Notes under the pieces: model-generated
What the model saw: the letters and a program-made list of their open reading frames with translations, nothing else
What the model was told of the DNA's origin: nothing
Databases searched by the model: none
Position numbers and translations under genes: made by a program
Source: Planctomycetota bacterium
Lineage (GTDB): Bacteria; Planctomycetota; UBA1135; UBA2386
Reading direction: 5' to 3'
Length of the DNA stretch: 64,000 nucleotides
NCBI GenBank assembly: GCA_965223545.1
Contig: OZ245006.1
Location: 2,336,001 to 2,400,000 of the forward strand
Shown: positions 29,298-39,516 of the stretch, one piece after another
Numbering within the stretch: the stretch's first letter is position 1
How the letters are laid out: every line of letters begins with the position of its first letter

Positions 29298-30565
29298 CGC
29301 TGCCCGTCCTTGCTCTTGGTCAGTCGCCGCGCCGGCACGCCGATGACGACCTCGCCGTCGCCGACCTCGGTATTGCGCGTCACCACCGCACCGGCCCCGG
29401 TCATCGCGCCGTTGCCGATCACCGCCGGTGCCACGACGACGGTGCCGCTGCCGAGAAACGCGCGGTCGCCGATCGTGGTCTTGTGTTTTCGCACGCCGTC
29501 GTAGTTCGCGGTGATCGTGCCGGCGCCGATGTTGGCCGCGGTGCCGATCGTCGTGTCACCGAGATAGGTCAGGTGCTTGGCCTTGCTCCGCGGGCCGAGC
29601 ACGCTGTTCTTCATCTCGACGAAGTTGCCGATCTGCGCGCCGTCCTCGAGCACCGCGCCGGTGCGCAGATGGCTGAAGGGGCCGACCTCGCACCCCTCGC
29701 CGATGCGCACGCCACTGTGGATCACCGTGCACGGCAACACGCGCGTGCCGCGGCCGATGCGCACGTCGTGCTCGATGTAGGTCGTGGTCGGATCGTCGAT
29801 CAGCACGCCGCGGCTCAGGTGCTCGAGCAGGATCCGCGCCTGCATGATGTTGCGCGCCACCGCCAGCTCGGCGAGCGAGTTGACCGCCTGGGTCTCCTCG
29901 ACGTCCTCGGTCAAGAGCGCGCGCACGGCTTCGCCCTGGCCGAGGAAATCGGCGATGGTGTCGGTCAGGTAGTACTCGCCCTGCGCGTTGCCGCGCTCGA
30001 GTTTGGCGAGCGCCGCCGGCAAGCGCGCCGCGTCGAAGCAGTAGAAGCCCGAGTTGACCTCATCCACCACGCGCTCTTCGTCGCTGCAGTCGCGCTCCTC
30101 GCGGATCGCGCGGACCTCGCCATCATCGCCGCGCAGCACGCGGCCGAGGCCGGTGGGATCGGCCGGCCGGTGGGTCAACAGCGACATGGCCGCCCCGCCG
30201 CGCGCCGCGATCAGCGCGCGCAGGGTCTCGGCGGTGATCAGCGCGCCATCGCCGTAGAGCAGCAGCACGTCGCCGTCGAAGCCTTCCAGCGCGCGCATCG
30301 CCACTTGGGCGGCGTGGCCGGTGCCGAGCGGTTCGCCCTGATCGACGAAGCACAGATCGTCGCGCGCGGGCACGCTGTCGACGACCTTGTCCTTGCCGTG
30401 GTGGACGACCACGACCGTCTTCACCGGCGCCAGGGTGGCAGTGGTGTCCAGCACGGTCTGCAACAACGTGCGGCCGCACAGCGGCAGCAGCACCTTGGGC
30501 AAATCGACCTTGGTGCGGCTGCCGAGACCGGCGGCGAGGATCACGACGGCGAGCGGACGAGTCAT
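29294..30565 (-). CDS. glmU: Bifunctional UDP-GlcNAc pyrophosphorylase/acetyltransferase
   Basis: ILAAGLGSR, LGTGHA, NAQGEYYLTD, GNFVEMK, HLTYLGD, ITANYDG. Confidence 0.95.
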   Translation of the reverse strand: MTRPLAVVILAAGLGSRTKVDLPKVLLPLCGRTLLQTVLDTTATLAPVKTVVVVHHGKDKVVDSVPARDDLCFVDQGEPLGTGHAAQVAMRALEGFDGDVLLLYGDGALITAETLRALIAARGGAAMSLLTHRPADPTGLGRVLRGDDGEVRAIREERDCSDEERVVDEVNSGFYCFDAARLPAALAKLERGNAQGEYYLTDTIADFLGQGEAVRALLTEDVEETQAVNSLAELAVARNIMQARILLEHLSRGVLIDDPTTTYIEHDVRIGRGTRVLPCTVIHSGVRIGEGCEVGPFSHLRTGAVLEDGAQIGNFVEMKNSVLGPRSKAKHLTYLGDTTIGTAANIGAGTITANYDGVRKHKTTIGDRAFLGSGTVVVAPAVIGNGAMTGAGAVVTRNTEVGDGEVVIGVPARRLTKSKDGQR

Positions 30566-30731
30566 GGCGGGGCCAGAGCGGATGCGGCCCGAAAAACGGG
30601 GCGGGGATTGTGGGAACGCCGGTGGCCCGGGTCAAGTCCGGGCTGCCCGTGAGCCGGCGCCTCCTCCGCAGGTGACCACTCCGCGCGCGGTGGTCAAGGG
30701 ACCCCCGACCGGTGGTCGAGAAAACGACCGG

Positions 30732-32078
30732 ATGGGCTACATCCTGTTCGCCGCACCCGGCCTCCGGCGACTGCACCTGCACCAACTGCTGGCGCGCGCG
30801 CTCGTCTCGCGCGGCCACCGGGTGGCGGTGCTGTCGCCGGACCGGCCGGAGCTCGAGACCTACGGCGCCCAGGGACTGGCCACCGAGCGGCTGATGGAGG
30901 GCAAACCCCGAACCGGCCACGCCCCGCTCGAGGAGTTCGCCGCCCGCGACCAGCTGCTGGGCCCGGCCTGCGCGCGGCCGCGCCGCGCGGCCGAGTACGC
31001 CCGCGTGCTGGGCGGCGTCACGGAGCTGTTCGAGCGCGACCGCCCCGACTTCGTCATGCTGCACCAGGAGCGCAGCGGCCTGCACCAGCTGCTGCACTTC
31101 GCCGCGCGCGAGTTCGGCTGCCCCATCCTGCACACCGGCGACGGCATGCTGCCCGGAACCATGCAGTGGGACGGGGAGGGAATCGACGGCGACGCCGCGG
31201 TCTGCCGCCGGTCGCGGCGCGAGGCGCTGCGGGCGGCGGCCGACGAGGTGCTGCTGCGCGCCGCGCTGGCCGGCTGGCTGGCGCGCAGCCTGCCGCCGCC
31301 GCTGGCCCGCGACCCCGTTTGCCGCCCCTCGCTGGCCGCCCGCGCCCGGGCGGCGCTGCGCATGGCGGTGCCACTGCGCGGGCGCGAGGCGTGGCGTTGC
31401 CTGCGCGGTTGGCGCCGCGCCCTGCCGGTCGCGCCCCCCACCCCGCGGGTGGCGCCGATCCCCCCACCACCGTTCCTCGCCGTCCTGCTGCAGGCTCCCG
31501 ACGACGTCCGCCTCCTGCTCGACGCCGGCCCGGACGCCAACTCGATCCGGCTGGCGGTCCATACGGCCGAGGTGGCCCGCCGCATCGATCCCCAGCTCCG
31601 GGTCGTCGCGGTGCTGCCCGACCGCGGCATGCCCGCCGCCGCCGAAGCCGCCCTCCAGCACGCCGGCATCCTGCCGGTACCGGCCGGCGTCGGCCCCGAG
31701 GTCATCCTCACCGCGATCGCCACGGTGACGATCAACCACCCGGCCGCCGTCGGCGCTCTCCTCGCCGGCACGCCGGTGCTGCACACCGGCCGCGCCCCCT
31801 GGGCTTTCATCGCCCGCCGCACTTCGATCGACCTCTTGGCTGCCGACCTCGCCGAGGAGCTGGAGGTCGACCGCGAAGCGGAAGGCCAGCGCTTTCTGAC
31901 CGGCTACCTCGGCATCGACCACGTTTGGTGCGCGGCCGACCACCCCGACCACAACGGCCTCAACGGCCTGATCGCCGGCATCGAGGGCGGCTTGCGCGCC
32001 GGCCTGTGTTCCTCCGAGCTGCGCTACCGACCCGGACCGACCTGGCCGCTGGCCCCGACCCAGCCCGCCCACCACTGA
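30732..32078 (+). CDS. KpsS/LipB-like capsule polysaccharide modification protein (divergent)
   Basis: GMLPGTMQWDGEGI, LQAPDD, VTINH..AVGALLAGTPVL..GRAPW resemble the Capsule_synth family. Confidence 0.55.
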   Translation: MGYILFAAPGLRRLHLHQLLARALVSRGHRVAVLSPDRPELETYGAQGLATERLMEGKPRTGHAPLEEFAARDQLLGPACARPRRAAEYARVLGGVTELFERDRPDFVMLHQERSGLHQLLHFAAREFGCPILHTGDGMLPGTMQWDGEGIDGDAAVCRRSRREALRAAADEVLLRAALAGWLARSLPPPLARDPVCRPSLAARARAALRMAVPLRGREAWRCLRGWRRALPVAPPTPRVAPIPPPPFLAVLLQAPDDVRLLLDAGPDANSIRLAVHTAEVARRIDPQLRVVAVLPDRGMPAAAEAALQHAGILPVPAGVGPEVILTAIATVTINHPAAVGALLAGTPVLHTGRAPWAFIARRTSIDLLAADLAEELEVDREAEGQRFLTGYLGIDHVWCAADHPDHNGLNGLIAGIEGGLRAGLCSSELRYRPGPTWPLAPTQPAHH

Positions 32079-32213
32079 AAGCGCATCGCGGTCGAGGGCG
32101 TTCGGCCGGCGGAGGGTCTCTCCGCGACTCGACGCGCCGGCGTTGTCGCTCTGGCCAGCGGCGTTGCCTCGAGAATGTTGTCGCCGCTCGACGATTCGTG
32201 GCGCCAGAGACTC

Positions 32214-32978
32214 TTAGCAGGAGCGCAGCTGAAGGTCGGAGCTGGCGACCCACTGCTCGCGGCGGCCGTCGTCGAAGCCGACCTGCAAGTAGCCCTCCGG
32301 GCTGAGGTCGAGCACGGTGACCTCCGCCTCGGCCGTGCCGGCGCGCACCACGCGGGCACGCCGGCCCAGCATGCGCGTCCTTTCGCGCCACTCGGCGACC
32401 AGGTCGGCGCCGCCGTCGTACAGCTTTTCGAGCCGAGCCATCAACCCGCGAAAGAGCGCGCCGCGGTCGTGGCGGTGACCGCTCAGCATGCGCATCGAGA
32501 CCGCGATGTCGGCGATGCACTCCGGCAAGCGACTCTGATTGATGTTGACCCCGATGCCGAGCACCCACGCCGTCTCGCCATCTGGCAGCCGCGCCGACTC
32601 GATCAGCGCACCGCTGATCTTGGCATCGCCCACCAAGACGTCGTTCGGCCACTTGACGTGGGCGTCGAGGCCGTAGTCCTGCCGCAGCAGATCGACCAAG
32701 GCGATCCCCGGCAAGAATGACACCGGCATCTTGCGCAACGGGGCCCGCAACACGAGCGAGAGCCAAAGCCCGTCGGCGTCATCGGACTCCCAGCGACGAC
32801 CGCCGGTGCCGCGCCCCTTGGTCTGCCGATCGGCGACGAAGGTGGTGCCCTCGGGCAGCGGCGCGCCCGCCAGCGCGTCGATGGCGCGCGCATTGGTCGA
32901 GTCGACGCGCGCGGCGGCGATCAAGCGACGGCCGAACCGCGCCGTCGTCAACCCAACGTTCCAGGCGTCGGTCGACAT
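32214..32978 (-). CDS. birA: Biotin--[acetyl-CoA-carboxylase] ligase
   Basis: VDSTN, QTKGRG, VKWPNDV, KISGALIE, GIGVN; no N-terminal HTH. Confidence 0.93.
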   Translation of the reverse strand: MSTDAWNVGLTTARFGRRLIAAARVDSTNARAIDALAGAPLPEGTTFVADRQTKGRGTGGRRWESDDADGLWLSLVLRAPLRKMPVSFLPGIALVDLLRQDYGLDAHVKWPNDVLVGDAKISGALIESARLPDGETAWVLGIGVNINQSRLPECIADIAVSMRMLSGHRHDRGALFRGLMARLEKLYDGGADLVAEWRERTRMLGRRARVVRAGTAEAEVTVLDLSPEGYLQVGFDDGRREQWVASSDLQLRSC

Positions 32979-33013
32979 GGATGCGCGCGCCCGCGATCAG
33001 CGGAGGGGGCGGC

Positions 33014-33598
33014 TCAGCCCTCGGCGCCGAGCTCGCGCGGCGCCGGGCTGGGCGGCGTCGATGGGACGACGCCATTGCCGGCCGCGGCGTCCTTCCGGCG
33101 CGGCTTGCGCTGGCCGAGCAGCTCGCGCTGCAGCTGCTCGCCGAGGTCGTGGTCGGCATTGCGGCGCTGCTCGACGATCGATCGCAAAAGGGCATCGGCG
33201 TCGCCGGCGTTGCCGCAGACCAGTCGCTGCGCTTGCGCCTTGGAATCGTAGGCGCGCGCACCCTTCATCACCGGGCACAGCCACACCCCGTCGGTGCTGC
33301 GCACCGCGGCGCCGTCGGGAACTTCGAGCCAGTCGCCGGGCGCGATGGCACCACCGGCCTCGGAGAGCCGGTCCCGGTTCTCGGGCTCGATCGGACGGTC
33401 ATCGTCCAACAGGTACGTCGGTGTGACGTCGTAGTGCTTGCACAGCGACAACAGCATCGGCAGCGTCGGCAACGAGCGACCCTGCTCGAGGTGCGACATC
33501 GTCGCCGGCCGCACCCCGAGGGTTTTCGCGGTGGCGCCCTGCGGTTCGCGCTTGTGCCGGGTGCGGAGGTAGAACAGCTTCAGGTGGAGTCGCTGCAT
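33014..33598 (-). CDS. XRE-family HTH transcriptional regulator
   Basis: AKTLGVRPATMSHLEQGRSLPT...LCKHYDVTPTYLL. Confidence 0.85.
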   Translation of the reverse strand: MQRLHLKLFYLRTRHKREPQGATAKTLGVRPATMSHLEQGRSLPTLPMLLSLCKHYDVTPTYLLDDDRPIEPENRDRLSEAGGAIAPGDWLEVPDGAAVRSTDGVWLCPVMKGARAYDSKAQAQRLVCGNAGDADALLRSIVEQRRNADHDLGEQLQRELLGQRKPRRKDAAAGNGVVPSTPPSPAPRELGAEG

Positions 33599-33771
33599 GG
33601 GAGCTGGGGCAGGAGGGGGCGGAACTGAGGCGAGGGAGAGGGCCCTCGGAGGACGGAGGAGAGTAACATGCAGCACGGCCCGCGGAAACCGCCACGCCAA
33701 CGGCGAAACCCCCGCAGCGACAAGCCCTTGCGCGGGTGCTCGGGGGACGGAACCGCGGATTTGCCGATGCC

Positions 33772-34563
33772 ATGGGCACTCTGTCACGGTCAAAGTCCCC
33801 GATTCCGCACCCTCCGCTCGCGGTCCTGGAGCCCCCGGACCCGGTCCGCGCTCGCGCCCTGGCCGCCCGGCTCCAGCTCCCCCTGGCCGCGGAAATGCCC
33901 ACCGAAATCCCCTGGGTGCTGATTCATGAAGAGGACCGTCTGAAGCTGGCGTGGACGGGGCCGCAAGCGCCGGGTCCGGTGGAGGTCGACTGGGTCGCCG
34001 GGGCCACCGCCCACCGCTGGCGAGGCAACCCCACGCGACGCCAGCCGCTGCTGCGAGCGCTCGGCCAGCGCACGGGGGTGCGCACCGTGTTCGACGCGAC
34101 TGCCGGGCTCGGGCGCGACGCGTTCGTCGCCGCGTGTGCGGGGCTCGAGGTGCTGGCCGTCGAGCGGGTCGGAGCCATCGCCGCCCTGCTCGAGGACGGC
34201 GCGCGCCGCGCTGCGGCGCACCCTGAAACCAGAGCCGCGCTGGGCGGGCGGCTGTCGGTGCGCTGGGCGGACGCGCACGCCGTGCTGGCCGAGCTGGCTC
34301 CGGACCGAGCGCCCGACGCGGTCTACCTCGATCCGATGTTCCCGGAGCGGCGCAAGAGCGCCAAGGTCAAGAAGGAGATGCAGCTGTTCCAAGCGCTGGT
34401 CGGCGACGACTCCGACGCGGCGGCACTGCTCGCGATGGCGCGCACCCACGCGCGGCGCCGGTGCGTCGTCAAGCGACCGCTGCACGCCCCGCCGCTCGGC
34501 GGCACACCCGACGCTGTGGTGCGCGCGGCGCGCGTGCGCTGGGACGTCTATCTCACCGGGTGA
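33772..34563 (+). CDS. rsmJ: 16S rRNA m2G1516 methyltransferase (YhiQ type)
   Basis: VFDATAGLGRDAF, VYLDPMFP, KSAKVKKEMQ, VVKRP. Confidence 0.9.
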   Translation: MGTLSRSKSPIPHPPLAVLEPPDPVRARALAARLQLPLAAEMPTEIPWVLIHEEDRLKLAWTGPQAPGPVEVDWVAGATAHRWRGNPTRRQPLLRALGQRTGVRTVFDATAGLGRDAFVAACAGLEVLAVERVGAIAALLEDGARRAAAHPETRAALGGRLSVRWADAHAVLAELAPDRAPDAVYLDPMFPERRKSAKVKKEMQLFQALVGDDSDAAALLAMARTHARRRCVVKRPLHAPPLGGTPDAVVRAARVRWDVYLTG

Positions 34564-34700
34564 AACGACGCGCGCGGATACCGGCGGAAAGCCGCGCACC
34601 CTTTTGCAGCTCCCCGACATGCAAGGGATTGACCGACGCCAGCGCGCGCTACCCCGCCGGCGTTCGGGTCGCACCATTCTTCAACACGACGAGGATCCCG

Positions 34701-35228
34701 ATGCGTTCTCCCCTGCTCACCGCCATTCTGCTGCTCGCGCCGTGCGCCCCGCTGACCGCCCAAAACGGCGACACCGCCGTCGCCAACGCAACGAAGCCGG
34801 CGCCGACTGCCGACCAGCTGCGTGCCAAGTGGGACAAGTTCGCGGCCAAGCTGCCAGAGGGCACTTTGAAGCGGCTGAAGTCGACGCCCGCCGACCAGCT
34901 CACCGAGGACGACCGCGCGCTGCTGAAGAAGATCAAGGCCTTCCGCGCCAAGATCGCCGAGACGGAGAAGGCAGAGGTGGCCCGTGCGGAGGCCAAGACC
35001 AAGGCGGTGATCAAGGAGCTGTTCATGAAGCTGCCCGAGGAGGTGCGGGCCGACTGGAAGGCGGGCAACCTCGACGTCGCCGCGCTGCCCGACGACCAGC
35101 GCGCCGTGATCAAGAAGATCAAGAAGCTGAAGACGGCGCACAAGGCCAACGACAAGACCAAGGCGAAGGCCAAGGCCAAGAAGGACGGCAAGCGGAAGAG
35201 CGACCGGGGCGCCAAGACGCTGCGCTGA
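34701..35228 (+). CDS. Secreted Lys-rich helical protein
   Basis: Signal peptide MRSPLLTAILLLAPCAPLTAQ; internal repeat 'L.EDDRALLKKIK / LPDDQRAVIKKIK'. Confidence 0.75.
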   Translation: MRSPLLTAILLLAPCAPLTAQNGDTAVANATKPAPTADQLRAKWDKFAAKLPEGTLKRLKSTPADQLTEDDRALLKKIKAFRAKIAETEKAEVARAEAKTKAVIKELFMKLPEEVRADWKAGNLDVAALPDDQRAVIKKIKKLKTAHKANDKTKAKAKAKKDGKRKSDRGAKTLR

Positions 35229-35351
35229 TCGGCCCGACCCGTCTCGCGCACCGCCAGCCGCCGCCCGCGCGCGCCGTGGTGAACACCCGTGGGGACCACG
35301 GTGTACTTTTTCGGTACCCCGAGGGCCGCGCGCTGCATCCTGGACGCAGAG

Positions 35352-35921
35352 ATGCGGATCGCACCCACCGACCGACCCGACGGCCGTGACCCCGCCGGGC
35401 GCGCGGAGCCCGCGGATGGCGGCGAAGCCGGCTGGATCGGCCGCCACCAGGCAGCGGTCTGGCGCTACTTGCGGTTCCTCGGGTGTCCGCCCGGCCTGGC
35501 CGAGGACTTGACCCAGGACGCGTTCCTCGCCGCCATCGAGCACCGCATCGCCACCGCGCAGCCGGCCACCACCGCGGCCTGGCTCCGCACGACCGCCCGC
35601 AATCTGTGGTACATGCATTTGCGCAGCCAGCGACGGCAGCCGGTGATCCGCGACATCGCCCTCGCCGACGAGGTATTTCAACGCCACCTCGGCGACGAGG
35701 AGCACGGCGACCGCTACATGACCGCCCTCGACCACTGCATGCACCGCCTCGACGACCGCCAGCGCCGGGCACTCCAGCTGCGCTACGCCGACGGTGCATC
35801 GCGCGCCGCGATGGCGACCGCGCTGGGCATCGGCGAAGCCGGCGTGAAGGCCTTCCTGCGCCGAGTCCGGGACCGCTTGCGGCAGTGCATGCGAGCACGC
35901 CTGCAGCAGGAGGGACGGTGA
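35352..35921 (+). CDS. ECF sigma factor
   Basis: AEDLTQDAFL, AWLRTTARN, ALQLRYADG...ALGIGEAGVK. Confidence 0.92.
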   Translation: MRIAPTDRPDGRDPAGRAEPADGGEAGWIGRHQAAVWRYLRFLGCPPGLAEDLTQDAFLAAIEHRIATAQPATTAAWLRTTARNLWYMHLRSQRRQPVIRDIALADEVFQRHLGDEEHGDRYMTALDHCMHRLDDRQRRALQLRYADGASRAAMATALGIGEAGVKAFLRRVRDRLRQCMRARLQQEGR

Positions 35922-35922
35922 G

Positions 35923-37128
35923 GTGACTCGGCGCGAAGAGCTCGAAGACCGGCTGCTGCAAGCGGCGCTCGAGGAGCGACTCGGCGCACAGCCCGCCCCT
36001 GATCTGCGCGACCGCGTCCTCGGCGCCTCGGCCGAAGACCGGCGCGCGGCCGCGCGCCGCGCCGACCGCGCGCAGAACGCCCGCGGGCCGAGAGTGTGGC
36101 CACGTGTCGCCGCGGTGCTGGCCGCCGGCGTCCTGGTGGTCATGGCGGTGCAGTGGCTGCGAGAGGAGGACGATCGACAGATCCGCCCCACCGACGTCGC
36201 CGAGCTGCGCGCGTTGTTGGCAGAGCTCCGCGCGGTGCGGATCACCGCGCTGCGCAGCCAGCGGCACGACGTGCTGTTCGACCCGGCCCTCGACCGCGAG
36301 CTGTCGTTGTCAGGGACCGCCGTCGACGCGTTCGCGCGGGCCGCGATCGCCTCCGCCGGCTCGACCGCGCCGCTGCCGCCGCAGCTGGAAGTGGCGGGCC
36401 ACCGCCTCGAGCTCGCCGTGCCCGGCGGCTACCTGCTCGCCGCATTGCTGCCCGGCACCCCGGCGCGATGGCGCGTCGACGGGCTCGGCGATCTGCCCGC
36501 CAAGCCAGAGCTATCGGCCGCCCTGCAGCCCTCGTTCGACGCCCTCGATGCGCGCGTCCGCGCCGCGCAGGGTTTGGTGTTCGCCAGTGCCGAGCTCGAC
36601 GCCGCATTCGGCATCGCCGACGACGCGCCGGCGCTGCGACTGTTCGGCATCGATGACCGCGGCCTGCTGGGACTGGCTCGCTTCGAGGCGCTGCAGCGCC
36701 TCGATCTGAGCGGGTGCCGCAAGACCATGGGCGCCGGCCTCAAGGTGATCGCCAAACTGCCCACCCTGGTCGAGCTCGATGTGACCGGCTGTGCGGTCTG
36801 GCCCCTCGCCCTGCTGACGATCTGCGAGAACAGCCCTCTGCGCACGCTCGACTTGACCGACACTCGACTGTTCTTGCCGTCACCGACCACCGCGAAGAGC
36901 AAGGGCAAGGAGTTCAAGGCCATCGCGATCGCCACGCGCACCCTGGCGGAACGCGGCACGCTGACCGATCTCCGGCTGGCGCGCAGCCAGCTGGCGACCC
37001 CGGAGATGCTGCGCAACCTGCTCGACGCGTCGGCGCTGCGCAGGCTCGACCTGACCAGTTGCGACGTCGATGCCACCCTGTTGGCGAAGCTGAAGGCGCG
37101 CCTGCCGCAGTGCGAGATCTTGCACTGA
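35923..37128 (+). CDS. Putative anti-sigma factor with one TM and leucine-rich repeats
   Basis: Abuts the ECF gene; short N-terminus, TM, LQRLDLSGC/LVELDVTGC/LRTLDLTDT/LRRLDLTSC repeats. Confidence 0.75.
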   Translation: MTRREELEDRLLQAALEERLGAQPAPDLRDRVLGASAEDRRAAARRADRAQNARGPRVWPRVAAVLAAGVLVVMAVQWLREEDDRQIRPTDVAELRALLAELRAVRITALRSQRHDVLFDPALDRELSLSGTAVDAFARAAIASAGSTAPLPPQLEVAGHRLELAVPGGYLLAALLPGTPARWRVDGLGDLPAKPELSAALQPSFDALDARVRAAQGLVFASAELDAAFGIADDAPALRLFGIDDRGLLGLARFEALQRLDLSGCRKTMGAGLKVIAKLPTLVELDVTGCAVWPLALLTICENSPLRTLDLTDTRLFLPSPTTAKSKGKEFKAIAIATRTLAERGTLTDLRLARSQLATPEMLRNLLDASALRRLDLTSCDVDATLLAKLKARLPQCEILH

Positions 37129-37198
37129 CGCAAACAGGACAACCGATGCGCCGCCGGTCATGGTGCCCCCGGGGCCACCGCGCTACCGTGGCGCGCGC

Positions 37199-38188
37199 AT
37201 GCGCAACCACCGCCCGACCGGCTGGGGTGGCGAGCCGGTGGCCGCGCCCACCCTCGCCGAGCTGCAGCGAGCTGCCGAGTGGCTCGACGGCCGCGTGGTG
37301 CGCACGCCGCTGCTGCGGTTGGCGGATGACGCGAGCGCGCCGATCTTCCTCAAGCCCGAGGTGCTGCAGCCGATCGGCTCCTACAAGCTGCGCGGCGCGC
37401 TCTACTGGGCACACCGCCTCCCCGCCGAGGCGCGTGGCCGCGGCCTGCTGACCTGCAGCGCCGGCAACACCGCGCAGGCCCTCGGCTACGCCGCGCGCGA
37501 GTACGGGGTCACGGCGTGTTCTAACTTGCCCGACAGCCTGCCCGACAACAAGCTCGCGGCGATCCGCGGCTACGGCATCGAGCCGGTGCGCATGCCACTC
37601 GAGCAGCTGATCCTCTACATGCTCGAAGAGCGTTGGCGCGACGACCCGCGCTGCTACCTCAACCCATGGGGCGACGCCGACATGATCGCTGGCAACGGCA
37701 CCATCGGCCTGGAGATCGCCGAAGACCTGCCCGCGGTCGACACCGTGTTCGTGCCGGTCGGCGGCGGCGGCCTGATCGCCGGCGTCGGCGCGGCGCTGCG
37801 CTTGCGCTGCCCGCGCGCGCGGATCGTCGCCGTGCAGTCCGCAGCGTCACCGGCGCTGGCGCGGTGCTTCGAGCGCGGCGCACCCGTCTGGGTCGAGTCG
37901 CGGCCGACGTGGTGCGAGGGCACCAGCGTGCCCGTCGTGGTCGACGAGATGCTGCCGCTGCTGCGCTCGGTGATCGACGAAGTGGTGACGGTCGAGGACG
38001 GCCCCGTGCGCGGCATGATTCGGCGGCTGGCGCTCGACCACAAGCTGGTGGTCGAGGGCTCCGGCGCGATCGCCGCTGCGGCCGCGGTCGCCGCAGGCGG
38101 CACGCGCGGCACGAGCGTGTGCATCCTCAGCGGGGGCAGCCTGTCGGCGGCGCGCCTGATCGAAGCCCTGTCGACATCCGAGTCTTGA
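37199..38188 (+). CDS. PLP-dependent threonine/serine dehydratase family protein
   Basis: LKPEVLQPIGSYKLRGA, SAGN, VPVGGGGL, LVVEGSGA. Confidence 0.92.
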   Translation: MRNHRPTGWGGEPVAAPTLAELQRAAEWLDGRVVRTPLLRLADDASAPIFLKPEVLQPIGSYKLRGALYWAHRLPAEARGRGLLTCSAGNTAQALGYAAREYGVTACSNLPDSLPDNKLAAIRGYGIEPVRMPLEQLILYMLEERWRDDPRCYLNPWGDADMIAGNGTIGLEIAEDLPAVDTVFVPVGGGGLIAGVGAALRLRCPRARIVAVQSAASPALARCFERGAPVWVESRPTWCEGTSVPVVVDEMLPLLRSVIDEVVTVEDGPVRGMIRRLALDHKLVVEGSGAIAAAAAVAAGGTRGTSVCILSGGSLSAARLIEALSTSES

Positions 38189-38199
38189 AGGGCTGAGCA

Positions 38200-39516
38200 A
38201 TGGCCGGCAGCACGCAGCCCCAGGCAGAGGATTCCAGACCACGGGTCGTGGTGGTCGGCGCCGGCTTCGCCGGCTTGCACGCGGTGCGCGGCCTGGCGCG
38301 GTCCCGCGTGCGCATCACCCTGATCGACCGGCGCAACCACCACCTGTTCCAACCGCTGCTGTATCAGGTGGCGAGCGCCGCCCTCGACCCCAGCGACATC
38401 GCCTATCCGATCCGCTCGATCTTCCGCCGGCAGAAGAACGTCGAGCGCATCCTGCTGGCGACGGTGCGCGGCATCGACACCGACGGTCGCGCGGTCGAGC
38501 TCGACGACGGCACCCGCCTGGCCTGCGACTGGCTGGTGCTGGCCACCGGCGCGACGCACTCCTACTTCGGGCACGACCAGTGGCAGCAGCACGCACCCGG
38601 GCTGAAGACGATCGAGGATGCGCTCGAGATCCGGCGGCGCGTCCTGCTCGCCTTCGAACGCGCCGAGCGCACGCCGGAGCAGCGTGAGCGGCTGCTCACC
38701 TTCGTCGTCATCGGCGCCGGTCCCACCGGCGTCGAGCTGGCCGGCGCACTGATCGAGATCGCGGTGCACGCCCTGGCGAAGGACTTCGACGCGATCGACC
38801 CGACCAGCGCGCGAGTGGTGTTGGTCGAAGGCGGCAACCGCGTCCTCCCCGCCTATCCGGAGACGCTGTCGGCGAGCGCGCGCCAACAGCTCGAGAGCCT
38901 GGGCGTCGAAGTCCGCTGCGACGACACGGTGACCGCGATCGACGCGCACGGGATCACGCTGCGCAGCGGCGCGCGCCTCGAGGCCGCGACGGTGCTCTGG
39001 GCCGCTGGCGTGCAGGCATCGCCGCTGGCGCGCGCCCTCGACCGTCCGCTGGACCGCGCCGGCCGCGTGCCGGTGGCGCCCGACCTGTCGGTGCCCGACC
39101 TGCCGCGCGTCTTCGTCGCCGGCGACCTGGCAGCGGTGCGCAGCGACGACCGCCCGGTGCCGGGCGTCGCGCCGGCCGCGATCCAGATGGGCGCGCACGT
39201 CGCCCGCCAGATCCGCGCCGACCTCGCCGGCGACCGCCGCACACCGTTCCGCTACTCGGACAAGGGGTCGCTGGCGACCATCGGCCGCGCGCGCGCGGTC
39301 GCCGACCTGGGCCGGCTGCGCTTCGGCGGATGGCTCGCGTGGGTGGCCTGGATGGGCATCCACGTCTTCTTCTTGATCGGCTTTCGCAACCGCGTCTTCG
39401 TGCTGCTGTCGTGGGCTTGGAGCTACGTCACGTTTCGCCGCGGCGCGCGCCTCGTCACCGGCCCGATCGCGGCGGTTCGGTCCGCCCCGGCTCCGCCGGC
39501 AGCGTCACCCGACTAG
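38200..39516 (+). CDS. ndh: Type II NADH dehydrogenase
   Basis: GAGFAG, HLFQPLLYQVA, GAGPTGVELAG, YSDKGSLATIGR. Confidence 0.93.
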   Translation: MAGSTQPQAEDSRPRVVVVGAGFAGLHAVRGLARSRVRITLIDRRNHHLFQPLLYQVASAALDPSDIAYPIRSIFRRQKNVERILLATVRGIDTDGRAVELDDGTRLACDWLVLATGATHSYFGHDQWQQHAPGLKTIEDALEIRRRVLLAFERAERTPEQRERLLTFVVIGAGPTGVELAGALIEIAVHALAKDFDAIDPTSARVVLVEGGNRVLPAYPETLSASARQQLESLGVEVRCDDTVTAIDAHGITLRSGARLEAATVLWAAGVQASPLARALDRPLDRAGRVPVAPDLSVPDLPRVFVAGDLAAVRSDDRPVPGVAPAAIQMGAHVARQIRADLAGDRRTPFRYSDKGSLATIGRARAVADLGRLRFGGWLAWVAWMGIHVFFLIGFRNRVFVLLSWAWSYVTFRRGARLVTGPIAAVRSAPAPPAASPD

